NCBI GenBank assembly: GCA_964352475.1
Contig: CAYGSL010000005.1
Span: forward strand, 85,622 to 149,621
Direction of reading: 5' to 3'
DNA from: an uncultured Pseudomonadales bacterium
GTDB lineage: Bacteria; Pseudomonadota; Gammaproteobacteria; Pseudomonadales; JAUIET01
Length of the DNA stretch: 64,000 nt
Shown here: in pieces, positions 1 through 10,627 of the stretch
Position numbering within the stretch: the first letter of the stretch is position 1
Layout of the letters: every line of letters starts with the position of its first letter
Translations under genes and position numbers: made by a program
Notes under the pieces: generated by a model
Told to the model about the DNA's origin: nothing
The model's database searches: none
What the model saw: only the letters and a program-made list of their open reading frames with translations

Positions 1-966
1 CAGCCGGTAACCTTCGCTGGGCTCCAAGGCAAGCGCCGGGAAATTCACAGAATTTTTGATGTTGCCATACTCAAGGAAATCACGCACCTGCATTGCCGCC
101 ATCACCGCACAGTTCTCTTCCGCCTCCAGCGTGCTCGCACCGATATGCGGCATCAAGATAGCTTTCGATTCGCGAATCAATTCGGGAGAAGGGAAATCGG
201 TAATATAGTGTCCAAGCGTGTCGTCTCTCAGCGCCTGCGCCACGGCCTGCGTATCAACGACTTCGGAACGGGCAAAGTTCATCAACCTTGCCGTCGGCTT
301 AAAGTGTTTCAACAGATCTGAATTAATTAAACCGCGGGTGCTGTCCAGCACTGGCAGATGCAGACTAATGAAATCGGCTTTTGACACAAGTGACGGCAGG
401 TTTTCCATGCTTTGCACATTACTAGGCAAACGCCAGGCGGCCGCCACAGAAATAGCCGGGTCATAACCCATTACCTTCATACCCAACATCAAACCCACTT
501 CCGCAACCAGTGAACCGATCGCACCCAGACCTACCACTCCCAGGGTTTTGCCAACGAGCTCTTCGCCCTTAAAACGCTTCTTCTCTTTTTCCAGAAGCAC
601 ATTCAATTCGCGCTCGTCAGTAATGTCTCTCAAGGTACGAACGTATTCCATGCCGCCGGCAATATCACGCGAGCCCAGCAGCAAGCCAGCCAGCACCAGT
701 TCCTTAACCGCATTGGCGTTAGCGCCTGGTGTATTAAAAACGACGATGCCGCGATCTGTGCAATGAGTCAGGGGAATGTTGTTCACTCCCGCTCCAGCAC
801 GCGCAATCGCCTTAACCTCTGGAGTGATCTCACCCTCTGCAAGCTTGTGGCTGCGCAACACAATGGCATCAGGGTTGCCAATTACGCTGGCAACTTCATA
901 TTGAGAACGGGGGAATTGTTCAAGGCCTTTCAGAGCGATGGCATTGAGGGTCAAAATTTTATGCAA
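1..966 (-). CDS. serA: D-3-phosphoglycerate dehydrogenase, N-terminal 322 codons (3' end lies beyond the window edge)
   Basis: Absent from the ORF track because there is no stop in the window. My reverse translation from TTG at 966-964 gives MHKILTLNAIALKGLEQFP..AIARAGAGVNNIPLTHCTDRGIVVFNTPGANANAVKELVLAGLLLGSRDI..GKTLGVVGLGAIGSLVAEVGLMLGMKVMGYDP..ILMPHIGASTLEAEENCA..NIKNSVNFPA. This is the 2-hydroxyacid dehydrogenase / SerA pattern. Confidence 0.8.
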   Translation of the reverse strand, partial: MHKILTLNAIALKGLEQFPRSQYEVASVIGNPDAIVLRSHKLAEGEITPEVKAIARAGAGVNNIPLTHCTDRGIVVFNTPGANANAVKELVLAGLLLGSRDIAGGMEYVRTLRDITDERELNVLLEKEKKRFKGEELVGKTLGVVGLGAIGSLVAEVGLMLGMKVMGYDPAISVAAAWRLPSNVQSMENLPSLVSKADFISLHLPVLDSTRGLINSDLLKHFKPTARLMNFARSEVVDTQAVAQALRDDTLGHYITDFPSPELIRESKAILMPHIGASTLEAEENCAVMAAMQVRDFLEYGNIKNSVNFPALALEPSEGYRL

Positions 967-1083
967 GGTGTACTCCGTTGATTACCACTTTAATAATTGT
1001 CTGCGCGCTCTGCGCAGAAGGCGCCGCAGTTTATCAGAAAGCGGCGCGTATTTCTCTTGCAGCGACTCTGTAAACACACTAAA

Positions 1084-1836
1084 TCAACGAAAAGCCAGCG
1101 ATGTTTCTTTGAACGACTCCAGTGGAACAACAGAGAAGGGTATTATTCTCGACAGCTTTTGCGGCGCTGCTATTGCTGCTGCATGCTCTACGCCCACGTC
1201 AAACAATTCGAAATGCCACTGCGAGGTGTCTGTTTCCAATGCAGGTACAGCACTAAATGTGATGGGTCTGGAACCAAGCTCAAACGAAAAATCACCCAAA
1301 GGAATAGCAAGCCCCTTGCCTTTGGCCTTGATGTAGCTTTCCTTCAGCGACCAGTAATCGAAAAAGCGAAAATGCTGACGTGCTTCATCGTTCGAAAGCA
1401 GCTCGGCAACTTCACGCTCGGAAAAAAATCGATGTGCAATATCGGCCGCCCTAACATTGTTCCGGCGCTTTTCCACATCGCAGCCTATCTCGCAATCGGA
1501 ACTGACCGCCACAGCAGCGTAACCATCCGTATGTGACAAACTGAACTGCAGATGTTCAAAGCCCTGATTCACGACAAAAGGCTTGCCGTGCTGGTTTTTT
1601 TCGAAGCGCCACTCTCCAGGCTGTAGACCCGCGTACTGACTCAGCACATATCTAACCAAGGCGTGACTCACCCTGAACATGAGTGCGTGACGCTCAAACT
1701 TAAAACGATCTCGACGCTGTTGCTCGCTGGCATCCAGCACCGCGTCTATCCGGGTTAAATAGTCGAGCTTATTGGTAGGTAATGATTCTGGTCGACATGA
1801 CCAAAAATGCGCTTCCTGAGCAGGCAGGGAAAGCAT
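1084..1836 (-). CDS. 4'-phosphopantetheinyl transferase, Sfp/EntD type
   Basis: 250 aa carrying the PPTase motifs FSLSHTDG, GCDVE and WSLKESYIKAKG. Confidence 0.8.
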   Translation of the reverse strand: MLSLPAQEAHFWSCRPESLPTNKLDYLTRIDAVLDASEQQRRDRFKFERHALMFRVSHALVRYVLSQYAGLQPGEWRFEKNQHGKPFVVNQGFEHLQFSLSHTDGYAAVAVSSDCEIGCDVEKRRNNVRAADIAHRFFSEREVAELLSNDEARQHFRFFDYWSLKESYIKAKGKGLAIPLGDFSFELGSRPITFSAVPALETDTSQWHFELFDVGVEHAAAIAAPQKLSRIIPFSVVPLESFKETSLAFR

Positions 1837-1839
1837 TAC

Positions 1840-3714
1840 TCAGGGGATGTTAACGTCCGCCGCGGCACGCACTGCTTTGAAGTAATCATCAAACGCACGG
1901 TTGCCGGACATTTGAGCGATACTCTGTCGTAATGCCTGTCTTTGGCGAGCGGGTATTCGATTGGCACTGCCCGCCTGAACATTGCTCACCTCAACAACAG
2001 CATTATCGCCATTGGCCAGTTCCGCAAGTACCAATGCGCGCCCACTAGTGAATTCTTCAGCCGTAAACGCGGCATTAACGACGGACCGATCCAGTGATAG
2101 CGAGTTTCTTTCAGCCTGTAATTCTATTTGCCAGTCAACGCCAAGCGATTTTGCGGTCTCCTCTACCGAGCCACCCAGTTGCAGCTGATTAAGAATAGCC
2201 TGAGCCTTCTCGCTGGTCGCAGTACGTAATCGCTCAGCCTGTAAATTAGCACGAATGGAGTCACTTACTTCTATCAACGGTCTTGGAGTTGCCGTTCGAA
2301 ATTCCTTGAGCCGAACTATGACCACAGATTCTTCACCGAGCTCAATCGCTTCGCTGTTCTGACCACCGGATAAAAACTCATCACTGAATGCCAGGTTTCG
2401 CACCGCCGACTGGGAGGCAATACCACCGCCTGTGTTGCGATCAAAAAACTCGGTAGTTAGCAGAGGAATTTCAAATTCTTCGGCCGCCAGGTTCAAATCG
2501 TCAGCACCAAACGTGGCGTCTTCCAGTTCTTCAACGCGAGCGATGTAATCGGGCGTCGCTGTCGCCGCTTGCAAGTCTTTCTCGATGCGAGCCCGACTTG
2601 CTTCAAAGCCTGGAAATTCGGTACTGCTTTCTTCAATGAGCTTTAGCAGATGCAGCCCTGATTCCGTTTCCACAACAGGGCTAACATCACCCGCGGTCAT
2701 TGTCGCCAGTGCTTCATCAAACTCGGGAAACAATCCCTCCGCTACCAGGCCAAGCATTCCGCCAGCATCAGCACTACCACCGTCATCAGAGTATTGGCTG
2801 GCGAGGCCTGCGAAATCTTCTCCCGCAGCTAACTTGGCCTGCACTTCAGCGATTTTGGCCTCTGCCTCATCTCGATTATCGGGCTGGTCTACATTGATAA
2901 GAATGTGTGCGATCGATCGCTCTAATTCCGGCTTATAAGCCGCTTTCTCACGCTCATAGACCTCGCGAACGTCTTGCTCACTTACCTCAGCGTAAAAATC
3001 GCTGATACTCAATTGCAAGTATTCCAGCTGCACTTGATCAGGCCGCACGAAACTCTGCTGGTTAGCCTCGTAAAAAGCTTTTATAGCCGCGTCATCAACC
3101 GCCGCGATGTCTGCCTCAGTCACTGCGGGCACCTGGATAAAACGAATATCCCGGCGCTGATCGCTTACTTTGGCGGTAATACCTAAATCAGCGCTGGTTG
3201 CAAAATCAGATTGCGCCAGACCGCTCACCAGATGATTGGCCGTAATTTGGGTTCGAAGTTGATCGCGATGGCCTGATGGCAGTAAACCATTGGAACGTAA
3301 CAAGCCTTCATAACGCAGTTTGGAAAACTGACCATTCTCCTGAAACTCTGGCGATTCAACAATCTGCCGGTCAAGCAAGGAATCAGACGCCACTATTCCC
3401 AGGTCATCTGCTTTGCTTTTGAACAATTCACGTTGCACCAGAGACTCCAGCACCTGCGGTTTAAGCATAGCGTCATTGATCAAGTTAGGATCATATGACT
3501 CACCAAGCTGAGCCTGCAGCTGCCGCTTACGGGTATCAATTCCGTACAACAGTTCTCTTTCTGTTATCTCGGTACCGTTGACTTCGGCGACATTCTTGTC
3601 GCCGCCGCCTTGGAAAAAAGAATCAATGCCGAAGAAAACAAAGGGAACAATCATCAGGGCAACAATACCCTTGGCAATTGTACTTTGTGAGTTATCGCGA
3701 ATGCGTTGCAGCAT
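1840..3714 (-). CDS. ppiD: Periplasmic chaperone / peptidyl-prolyl isomerase PpiD
   Basis: 624 aa with an N-terminal membrane anchor (IVALMIVPFVFFGI) and a parvulin-like segment (SIAHILI..AKLAAGEDFAGLASQYSDD). It sits downstream of hupB, as in the canonical lon-hupB-ppiD order. Confidence 0.9.
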   Translation of the reverse strand: MLQRIRDNSQSTIAKGIVALMIVPFVFFGIDSFFQGGGDKNVAEVNGTEITERELLYGIDTRKRQLQAQLGESYDPNLINDAMLKPQVLESLVQRELFKSKADDLGIVASDSLLDRQIVESPEFQENGQFSKLRYEGLLRSNGLLPSGHRDQLRTQITANHLVSGLAQSDFATSADLGITAKVSDQRRDIRFIQVPAVTEADIAAVDDAAIKAFYEANQQSFVRPDQVQLEYLQLSISDFYAEVSEQDVREVYEREKAAYKPELERSIAHILINVDQPDNRDEAEAKIAEVQAKLAAGEDFAGLASQYSDDGGSADAGGMLGLVAEGLFPEFDEALATMTAGDVSPVVETESGLHLLKLIEESSTEFPGFEASRARIEKDLQAATATPDYIARVEELEDATFGADDLNLAAEEFEIPLLTTEFFDRNTGGGIASQSAVRNLAFSDEFLSGGQNSEAIELGEESVVIVRLKEFRTATPRPLIEVSDSIRANLQAERLRTATSEKAQAILNQLQLGGSVEETAKSLGVDWQIELQAERNSLSLDRSVVNAAFTAEEFTSGRALVLAELANGDNAVVEVSNVQAGSANRIPARQRQALRQSIAQMSGNRAFDDYFKAVRAAADVNIP

Positions 3715-3765
3715 GAGCGCCCGCCCCTTGTTCTTCGGTCAGTTGTTGTGAATGCTACGAACGTT

Positions 3766-4038
3766 CTAGTTCAATGCGTCTTTCAACGCTTTACCTGCTT
3801 TAAAAGAAGGCACCTTAGCCGCAGGAATTTGCATGGCTTCGCCAGTCTGTGGATTGCGACCGGTTCTTGCTGCACGATCTTTGGCCTGGAAAGTTCCAAA
3901 ACCTACTAATGCAACCGAGTCGCCTTGCTGCAGAGCGCCAGTTATTGCATCAAGTGTGGCTTCCAATGTGCGAGCCGCACTCGCTTTGGAAAGATCCGCA
4001 GATTCGGCGATTGCATCAATTAGTTCAGTTTTGTTCAC
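3766..4038 (-). CDS. hupB: DNA-binding protein HU-beta
   Basis: 90 aa: [34 protein letters not shown], the HU/IHF signature. Confidence 0.92.
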   Translation of the reverse strand: MNKTELIDAIAESADLSKASAARTLEATLDAITGALQQGDSVALVGFGTFQAKDRAARTGRNPQTGEAMQIPAAKVPSFKAGKALKDALN

Positions 4039-4095
4039 GAAGTACCCCTTATGGTTCTATAAATTAACAGTTCGACCCAAAAATCGACGCGCGAG

Positions 4096-4123
4096 TGTAT
4101 ACAAGCGGTTGAACTCGGGTCAA
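4096..4123 (-). promoter_or_regulatory. Candidate sigma70 promoter for hupB
   Basis: On the minus strand: TTGACC (4123-4118), 16-nt spacer, TATACA (4101-4096), about 58 nt upstream of the hupB ATG. Confidence 0.4.
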
Positions 4124-4136
4124 GTACAGCGAGTGA

Positions 4137-6554
4137 TCAGTGTGCTTTTGGCCTGACTTTTCCACGTCTTTCACCCTCAACCGAGGTTTTCTTTTCGGTT
4201 GCCGGATAAAAGTCTTCATCCGATAGGGGTTCGGGCATGTGTTCCAACGCCAGCTCAAGCACTTGATCAATCCACTTAACCGGCCTGATCTCAAGATCTT
4301 GCTTGATGTTATCCGGTATTTCTTTCAAATCACGTTCGTTCTCTTCAGGAATAACGACGCAACGAATTCCACCACGATGGGCCGCAAGCAGCTTTTCTTT
4401 TAAGCCACCAATCTTCAAGACCTGGCCACGAAGAGTGATCTCACCGGTCATTGCAATGTCAGAGCGAACTGGAATATTGGTTAACGCTGACACCAAAGCC
4501 GTACACATACCTATACCTGCACTCGGCCCATCTTTTGGGGTTGCACCTTCCGGCACGTGCACGTGTATGTCAAATTTCTCATGAAAATCAGACTTTATCC
4601 CTAACACCTGGGCTCGGCTGCGAACAACGGTAGTAGCCGCTTGAATCGACTCCAGCATCACATCACCCAGTGAGCCGGTTTTAACCTGAACACCTTTACC
4701 TGCCACACAAGCCGCTTCAATGGTAAGCAATTCCCCGCCTACCTGGGTCCAGGCAAGACCCGTAACCTGGCCAACCTTATTAAGCTTTTCTGCAACCCCA
4801 TGACTGAACTTGTGCACACCGCAGTAATCTTCCAGGCTGTCCTTGTCGACAAGGATGGGCGTTTTGCTCTCGTCTATCGTAAGTGCTTTGACAACCTTGC
4901 GACATACTTTGGCTATCTCGCGCTCCAATCCGCGAACGCCCGCTTCCCGGGTGTAATAGCGAATCAGGTCTATCACAGCGGATTCGTCAATAGTGATTTC
5001 GCTATCTTTCAAGCCATTCTGCTTGACTTGTTTGGGCTCAAGATAGCGATGTGCGATATTCAGCTTTTCATCTTCGGTATAACCCGGCAAGCGAATCACT
5101 TCCATACGATCCAGCAACGGCGCTGGTATATTCATTGAGTTAGACGTGCAAATGAACATCACATCCGATAAATCATAATCTACTTCCAGGTAGTGATCGT
5201 TAAAGCTGTGATTTTGCTCAGGGTCCAGGACTTCAAGCAACGCAGAAGCCGGATCGCCACGGTGATCCATACCCATTTTGTCGATTTCGTCCAACAAAAA
5301 CAGAGGGTTTTTAACACCCGCCTTGGACATTTTTTGCAGCACTTTACCGGGTAGTGACCCTATGTAGGTGCGGCGATGACCGCGTATTTCTGCCTCGTCT
5401 CGTACGCCACCAAGTGCCATGCGCACAAATTTTCTATTGGTTGCCCTGGCGATTGACTCACCCAAAGAGGTTTTACCAACACCTGGAGGACCGACCAGAC
5501 ATAACACCGGACCTTTTAATTTCTTAACACGCTTTTGCACGGCCAGGTATTCGAGAATCCTGTCCTTGACTTCTTCAAGTCCATAGTGGTCTTCGTCAAG
5601 AATTTTTTCCGCACGCTTCAAATCTAACTGTACACGACTGCGCTTCTTCCAAGGAATGTTGACCATCCAGTCAATGTAGCTTCTGACCACTGATGCTTCA
5701 GCCGACATTGGCGACATCATTTTTAACTTAGCTAATTCAGCATCGGTTTTTTCCCGCGCCTCTTTTGGCATGCCGGAATCTTCAACGCGCTGCTGCAACG
5801 CATCAACTTCGTTTGGAACCTCATCCATATCGCCAATTTCTTTCTGAATAGCTTTCATTTGCTCATTCAGGTAGTACTCGCGCTGGCTCTTCTCCATCTG
5901 TTTTTTGACTCGCCCACGCACCCGTTTTTCAACGTGTATCAAGTCCAGCTCAGATTCCATCAGGCCTAACAGCTGCTCTATGCGCAGCTCAATGTTGGCT
6001 ACTTCCAACAACTCTTGCTTTTGGTCTACTGTCAACGCCATATGTGACGCCACTGTATCGGATAAGCGTCCAGGATCATCGATACCGGTGAGAGACGACA
6101 GCACCTCCTTGGGCACCTTCTTGGTCAGCTTCACATACTGCTCAAAGTCTTTCTGCAAGGTGGCTACATACGCCTCTGCTTCGGCCTTCTCAACCTTGCC
6201 CTCATCCTGCTCAATAGCGCGCGCCTGAAAATAGACACCGTCGCTGTCGATACTATCGATGGCGCAGCGGCTGATACCTTCAACCAAAACCTTTACTGTT
6301 CCATCAGGCAGCTTTAACAACTGCAATATGTTGGCGACCGTGCCTATTTCATAAAGGTCTTCAACGATAGGATCATCAAGACCTGCGTCACGTTGTGCAA
6401 CCAGCAGAATGTGCTTGTCATTGGCCATGGCGGCCTCAAGCGCTTCAATTGATTTTTCTCGGCCGACAAACAGCGGTATCACCATGTGCGGGTAAACCAC
6501 AACATCGCGAAGCGGCAGCAGGGGAAGGTCAATAATTGTTTCTGAATCAGACAT
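4137..6554 (-). CDS. lon: ATP-dependent Lon protease
   Basis: Walker [10 protein letters not shown] and protease site PKDGPSAG. I take the start at [17 protein letters not shown] (ATG 6554), because the 17 extra N-terminal codons in the track ORF look spurious. Confidence 0.95.
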   Translation of the reverse strand: MSDSETIIDLPLLPLRDVVVYPHMVIPLFVGREKSIEALEAAMANDKHILLVAQRDAGLDDPIVEDLYEIGTVANILQLLKLPDGTVKVLVEGISRCAIDSIDSDGVYFQARAIEQDEGKVEKAEAEAYVATLQKDFEQYVKLTKKVPKEVLSSLTGIDDPGRLSDTVASHMALTVDQKQELLEVANIELRIEQLLGLMESELDLIHVEKRVRGRVKKQMEKSQREYYLNEQMKAIQKEIGDMDEVPNEVDALQQRVEDSGMPKEAREKTDAELAKLKMMSPMSAEASVVRSYIDWMVNIPWKKRSRVQLDLKRAEKILDEDHYGLEEVKDRILEYLAVQKRVKKLKGPVLCLVGPPGVGKTSLGESIARATNRKFVRMALGGVRDEAEIRGHRRTYIGSLPGKVLQKMSKAGVKNPLFLLDEIDKMGMDHRGDPASALLEVLDPEQNHSFNDHYLEVDYDLSDVMFICTSNSMNIPAPLLDRMEVIRLPGYTEDEKLNIAHRYLEPKQVKQNGLKDSEITIDESAVIDLIRYYTREAGVRGLEREIAKVCRKVVKALTIDESKTPILVDKDSLEDYCGVHKFSHGVAEKLNKVGQVTGLAWTQVGGELLTIEAACVAGKGVQVKTGSLGDVMLESIQAATTVVRSRAQVLGIKSDFHEKFDIHVHVPEGATPKDGPSAGIGMCTALVSALTNIPVRSDIAMTGEITLRGQVLKIGGLKEKLLAAHRGGIRCVVIPEENERDLKEIPDNIKQDLEIRPVKWIDQVLELALEHMPEPLSDEDFYPATEKKTSVEGERRGKVRPKAH

Positions 6555-6631
6555 ATACAACAAAAGATGACGAACGGTAGAAGAGGTCAATATACAGGAT
6601 GCCAAGCCGCAATGCTTGTGAAAAAGGCGCT

Positions 6632-6659
6632 AAAAAACCCGGCTTAAACCGGGTTTTTG
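6632..6659 (-). terminator. Rho-independent (bidirectional-looking) terminator after clpX
   Basis: Stem AAAAACCCGG (6633-6642) pairs with CCGGGTTTTT (6649-6658), with a 6-nt loop. A/T runs flank both sides. Confidence 0.6.
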
Positions 6660-6699
6660 AGTCTGCTTTGGCCTGGGCGTTTAGATTGCCGTGATCAGG

Positions 6700-8031
6700 C
6701 TATTCCTTAGGGCGGCCTTTGCCATTCTGCGCGGTTTTAGGTACCGGCTGGGCATCGTCTTCCTCTGCCTTACTGGGCTCGGTCTCGTACACCAGTAATG
6801 GCTCTGAATCACCGGTGATCACAGATCCGTCGATCACAACCTTGCTAACGTTGTCTTGCGAAGGAATGTTGTACATCGTATCCAGCAAAACCGATTCGAG
6901 AATTGAGCGCAGTCCTCGTGCACCGGTTTTGCGCTGCATCGCTTTTTCAGCAATAGCTCGCAAGCCGTCTTCACGAAAATCTACTTCAACGTTTTCCATC
7001 TCGAACAATTTGCCGTACTGTTTGGTCAGCGAGTTTCGAGGCTCGGTAAGAATTCGCACCAGCGCATCCGCATCCAGCTCTTCCAGCGTTGCTATCACTG
7101 GCAAGCGGCCTACAAACTCCGGGATCAAACCGTAGCGAACCAGATCTTCTGGCTCCAGGTCTTTAAGAACCGTACCGAAACTCTTGGAGTGTTTACTTTT
7201 TACTTCCGCGTTAAAACCTATGCCACTCTTCTCAGAGCGATCGCGAATCACTTTATCCAGGCCAGCGAATGCACCACCGCAGATAAACAGAATGTTAGAG
7301 GTATCCACTTGCAGAAATTCCTGCTGTGGATGCTTGCGCCCACCTTGCGGCGGTACCGATGCAACCGTGCCTTCAATGAGCTTTAGCAACGCTTGCTGAA
7401 CGCCCTCACCTGAAACGTCTCGTGTGATGGACGGATTGTCTGACTTGCGAGAAATCTTGTCTATTTCATCAATATAGACAATGCCCATCTGGGCCTTATC
7501 CACGTCGTAGTCGCATTTCTGCAGCAACTTCTGAATAATATTCTCAACATCTTCGCCTACGTAGCCCGCTTCTGTCAGCGTAGTGGCGTCGGCAATCGTG
7601 AACGGTACGTCCAGCAATCTGGCCAGGGTTTCGGCCAGCAGAGTTTTACCACTTCCAGTTGGTCCCACCAGCAAGATATTACTCTTGCCTAATTCAACCT
7701 CATCTTTCTTGGCATCACCGTGTTTCAGGCGTTTGTAGTGGTTGTATACCGCTACTGCCAACACTTTCTTAGCGCGGGCCTGGCCAATAACATACTCATC
7801 AAGAATGGCATTGATTTCGCTAGGCGTAGGCAGTTTGTCCTGCTGGGCGTCGCTGCTGCCTTCCTGGACTTCTTCACGAATGATGTCATTGCAAAGATCA
7901 ACGCACTCATCACAGATAAATACTGATGGCCCGGCGATCAGCTTACGAACCTCATGCTGGCTTTTGCCGCAGAATGAGCAGTAAAGCAGCTTGCCTGAGT
8001 CGTCGTTGTTGCCTGTGTTGTCTTCTGCCAT
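6700..8031 (-). CDS. clpX: ATP-dependent Clp protease ATP-binding subunit ClpX
   Basis: Zn-finger CSFCGK..CDEC, Walker [17 protein letters not shown]. Confidence 0.95.
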   Translation of the reverse strand: MAEDNTGNNDDSGKLLYCSFCGKSQHEVRKLIAGPSVFICDECVDLCNDIIREEVQEGSSDAQQDKLPTPSEINAILDEYVIGQARAKKVLAVAVYNHYKRLKHGDAKKDEVELGKSNILLVGPTGSGKTLLAETLARLLDVPFTIADATTLTEAGYVGEDVENIIQKLLQKCDYDVDKAQMGIVYIDEIDKISRKSDNPSITRDVSGEGVQQALLKLIEGTVASVPPQGGRKHPQQEFLQVDTSNILFICGGAFAGLDKVIRDRSEKSGIGFNAEVKSKHSKSFGTVLKDLEPEDLVRYGLIPEFVGRLPVIATLEELDADALVRILTEPRNSLTKQYGKLFEMENVEVDFREDGLRAIAEKAMQRKTGARGLRSILESVLLDTMYNIPSQDNVSKVVIDGSVITGDSEPLLVYETEPSKAEEDDAQPVPKTAQNGKGRPKE

Positions 8032-8188
8032 TTAATCGATTACCTGTTGGTTTCGTAGGTTCTGTGCTGAACCTTGTTGCCATTTTTAGGCAAAATACTT
8101 TCCAAGTGCTAAAGATGCGACCTTTTGGAGCTCTTTTCAAGCCCCTAATGGACAAAGCGATCGGTTTTTTGCGCCACCGGTCGACTTA

Positions 8189-8824
8189 TTAACCCTCCAC
8201 GACGGACTCACGCTTCTCCAGCACTGAATCGACCAATCCGTACTCAGCCGATTCGGCCGCATTCATGAAATTATCTCGTTCGGTATCACGCTCTATGGTT
8301 TCAATATCCTGGCCCGTATGCTCGGCCATCAGCTCATTCAAACGACGCCTCAATACCAGAATTTCTTTGGCGTGGATGTCAATATCGGTCGCCTGGCCCT
8401 GAACACCGCTGCTGGGCTGGTGAATCATTACCCGGGAGTTTGGCAGGCAGTAACGTTTGCCTTTCGCGCCACCGCTGAGCAGAAACGCACCCATACTGGC
8501 CGCCAGGCCCATACAGGTAGTACTGACATCACTGCGGATGAACTGCATAGTGTCGTAAATGGCCAGTCCGGCAGAAACCGAGCCACCTGGCGAATTAATG
8601 TACATATTGATGTCTTTTTCCGGGTTTTCAGATTCCAGAAACAACAACTGAGCCACAATCAAATTGGCCATGTTGTCCTCAACAGGACCAACTACAAAGA
8701 TGAGTCGCTCTTTGAGCAGTCTGGAGTAGATATCATATGCGCGTTCGCCTCGCGCCGATTGCTCGACAACCATTGGAACAAGGCCCAAATTATTAACTTG
8801 GTGATCGGAAATGTGTCTAGTCAT
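8189..8824 (-). CDS. clpP: ATP-dependent Clp protease proteolytic subunit ClpP
   Basis: 211 aa; [11 protein letters not shown] (active Ser), MIHQP (His), [10 protein letters not shown]. Confidence 0.95.
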   Translation of the reverse strand: MTRHISDHQVNNLGLVPMVVEQSARGERAYDIYSRLLKERLIFVVGPVEDNMANLIVAQLLFLESENPEKDINMYINSPGGSVSAGLAIYDTMQFIRSDVSTTCMGLAASMGAFLLSGGAKGKRYCLPNSRVMIHQPSSGVQGQATDIDIHAKEILVLRRRLNELMAEHTGQDIETIERDTERDNFMNAAESAEYGLVDSVLEKRESVVEG

Positions 8825-8964
8825 CGACGGCTCGCTGGCAATTGTAGAAAGAATAACGTGTCATCTTGAGCGTATCAGTGCTCTTGCCACGCCCCATAAG
8901 TGTAGTACTTTCCTGCTTTGCCTGGCCCCGTTGGTCCGCCGAAAGCGGTCAAATTGCCAATCAA

Positions 8965-10269
8965 TTAACCTTCTGGCTGTACAGCTTCCTTGTAAGTCAT
9001 TGGCTTTTCAATAACGGTCATGTCAGCAAGCAGTAAATCCACAACTTGTTGCTCTAATGTCGCCCCCTCTACCGAGGCGAGTTGCTGCTCGTTCTGGTAA
9101 TACCAGTCAACCACTTCTTCAGGGTTTTCGTAGGACGATGCCATATCTTCCAAAGTAGAACGCACCTTGTCGGGGTCGGGCTTCAGGTCTTGCTGGCGAA
9201 TAATTTCACCCATGATCAAACCCAGTTTGACCCGACGTTCAGCTTGCTCGCTGAACAACTCATCGGGCAACATGGACGCGTCAAACTGGCTGGCATCTCC
9301 GCCAAATTGCTGGACCGACTGCTGACGTAAGGCATTGATCTCATTCTTAATAAGGACCTGAGGGATCTGGATGTCATGCACTTCGATCAAGGCGTCCATC
9401 ACCTGATTTTTGATCTTTGCCTGAACGCCATTCTTTAGCTCTCGCTCCATGTTGTCCCTAAGCTCATTGCGAAAGCCCTCTTCGCCACCTTCTTTAACAC
9501 CGAGCTTTTCAAAGAATTCTTCATTCAGCTCCGCAAGCTCCATTCGGCTTACTTTGTTTACCGTGACCTTGAACTCTACCGCTGCCCCTTTAAGGTCTTC
9601 ACTGTGGTAGTCGTCTGGGAAAGTAAGGCTGAGCGTACGTTCATCACCTGCTTTTGCACCTAACAAGCCACTTTCGAAGCCTTCAATCATCCGCCCAGAA
9701 CCGAGAATCAGATCGCTACCTTCAGCGCTGCCGCCATCAAACGCTTCGCCATCCCGGGTGCCCGCGTAGTCGATATTGACCCGGTCACCATCAATGGCTG
9801 CCTCATCAATATCTGGCCAGCTACCTTGCTGCTTGCGCAGTGTTTGGACCATCTCATCGACATCAGCATCGCGTACTTCGGCGTCTATACTTTCGACCTC
9901 TTTGCCTTTGAGCTCAGTGATCTCAAACTCCGGAAACACCTCGAAGGTGGCGATGTACTGAAAGTCTCGGCCTTCCTGCAGACTCTTGGGTTCGATGCTG
10001 GGCGCGCCGGCTGGGCGCAAGTTTTCCTGCTCCACCGCTTCATAAAAAGTCTGGCTCATGACCTCACCAGCCACTTCCTGGCGAACGCCGTCACCATAGC
10101 GCTGCTTCACTACGCGCATCGGCACCTTGCCTGGGCGAAAACCGTCAATACGCACATTAGGCAGGGCTTTCTGCAAACGGGCTGTCACCTCTTTTTCGAT
10201 GCGTTCTGCTGGAACACCCACAGTCAGGCGCCGCTCCAGGCCTCCGGTTGTCTCAATGGATACCTGCAT
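8965..10269 (-). CDS. tig: Trigger factor
   Basis: 434 aa starting MQVSIETTGGLERRLTV, with a central FKBP-type segment. Position upstream of clpP-clpX-lon fits. Confidence 0.95.
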   Translation of the reverse strand: MQVSIETTGGLERRLTVGVPAERIEKEVTARLQKALPNVRIDGFRPGKVPMRVVKQRYGDGVRQEVAGEVMSQTFYEAVEQENLRPAGAPSIEPKSLQEGRDFQYIATFEVFPEFEITELKGKEVESIDAEVRDADVDEMVQTLRKQQGSWPDIDEAAIDGDRVNIDYAGTRDGEAFDGGSAEGSDLILGSGRMIEGFESGLLGAKAGDERTLSLTFPDDYHSEDLKGAAVEFKVTVNKVSRMELAELNEEFFEKLGVKEGGEEGFRNELRDNMERELKNGVQAKIKNQVMDALIEVHDIQIPQVLIKNEINALRQQSVQQFGGDASQFDASMLPDELFSEQAERRVKLGLIMGEIIRQQDLKPDPDKVRSTLEDMASSYENPEEVVDWYYQNEQQLASVEGATLEQQVVDLLLADMTVIEKPMTYKEAVQPEG

Positions 10270-10392
10270 GCCAAATCCTCTCTAAATCGTCTTGCTGCCC
10301 GATGCGTCCCAGACAGCTACGGCACGGTTCTACCGCTGTATATACGTAGGAATGTACTATCAGATGCGTATCAGACAATACAATGAATAATG

Positions 10393-10478
<86 letters not shown>

Positions 10479-10627
10479 AAGTAACCTATACAGAACCGCC
10501 ATAGCGGTCCTGCCATCAAAACCCGAACCCATTGAGCAAGTCAGTATGCCTGTGGGCGACAGGATTTTAATGGGCGCGAATTGTGCCATAGTTGATCACT
10601 GGCAGCAACGGTGATAAAGGTGCAAAT

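Noticed and set aside
6555-6605. N-terminal extensions in track ORFs: lon to 6605, GH84 to 13095, galE to 32973, miaE to 42550, tgpA to 45242, small membrane protein from 30132.
   Set aside because: Each extension precedes a Met that aligns with the conserved family N-terminus. The extensions overlap upstream genes or terminators and lack family similarity. I used the internal starts.
6555-6630. Sigma-32 heat-shock promoter upstream of lon (CTTGGCA..CCTCTTCT on the minus strand).
   Set aside because: It only partly matches CTTGAAA-N13-14-CCCCATNT, which is too weak to call from sequence alone.
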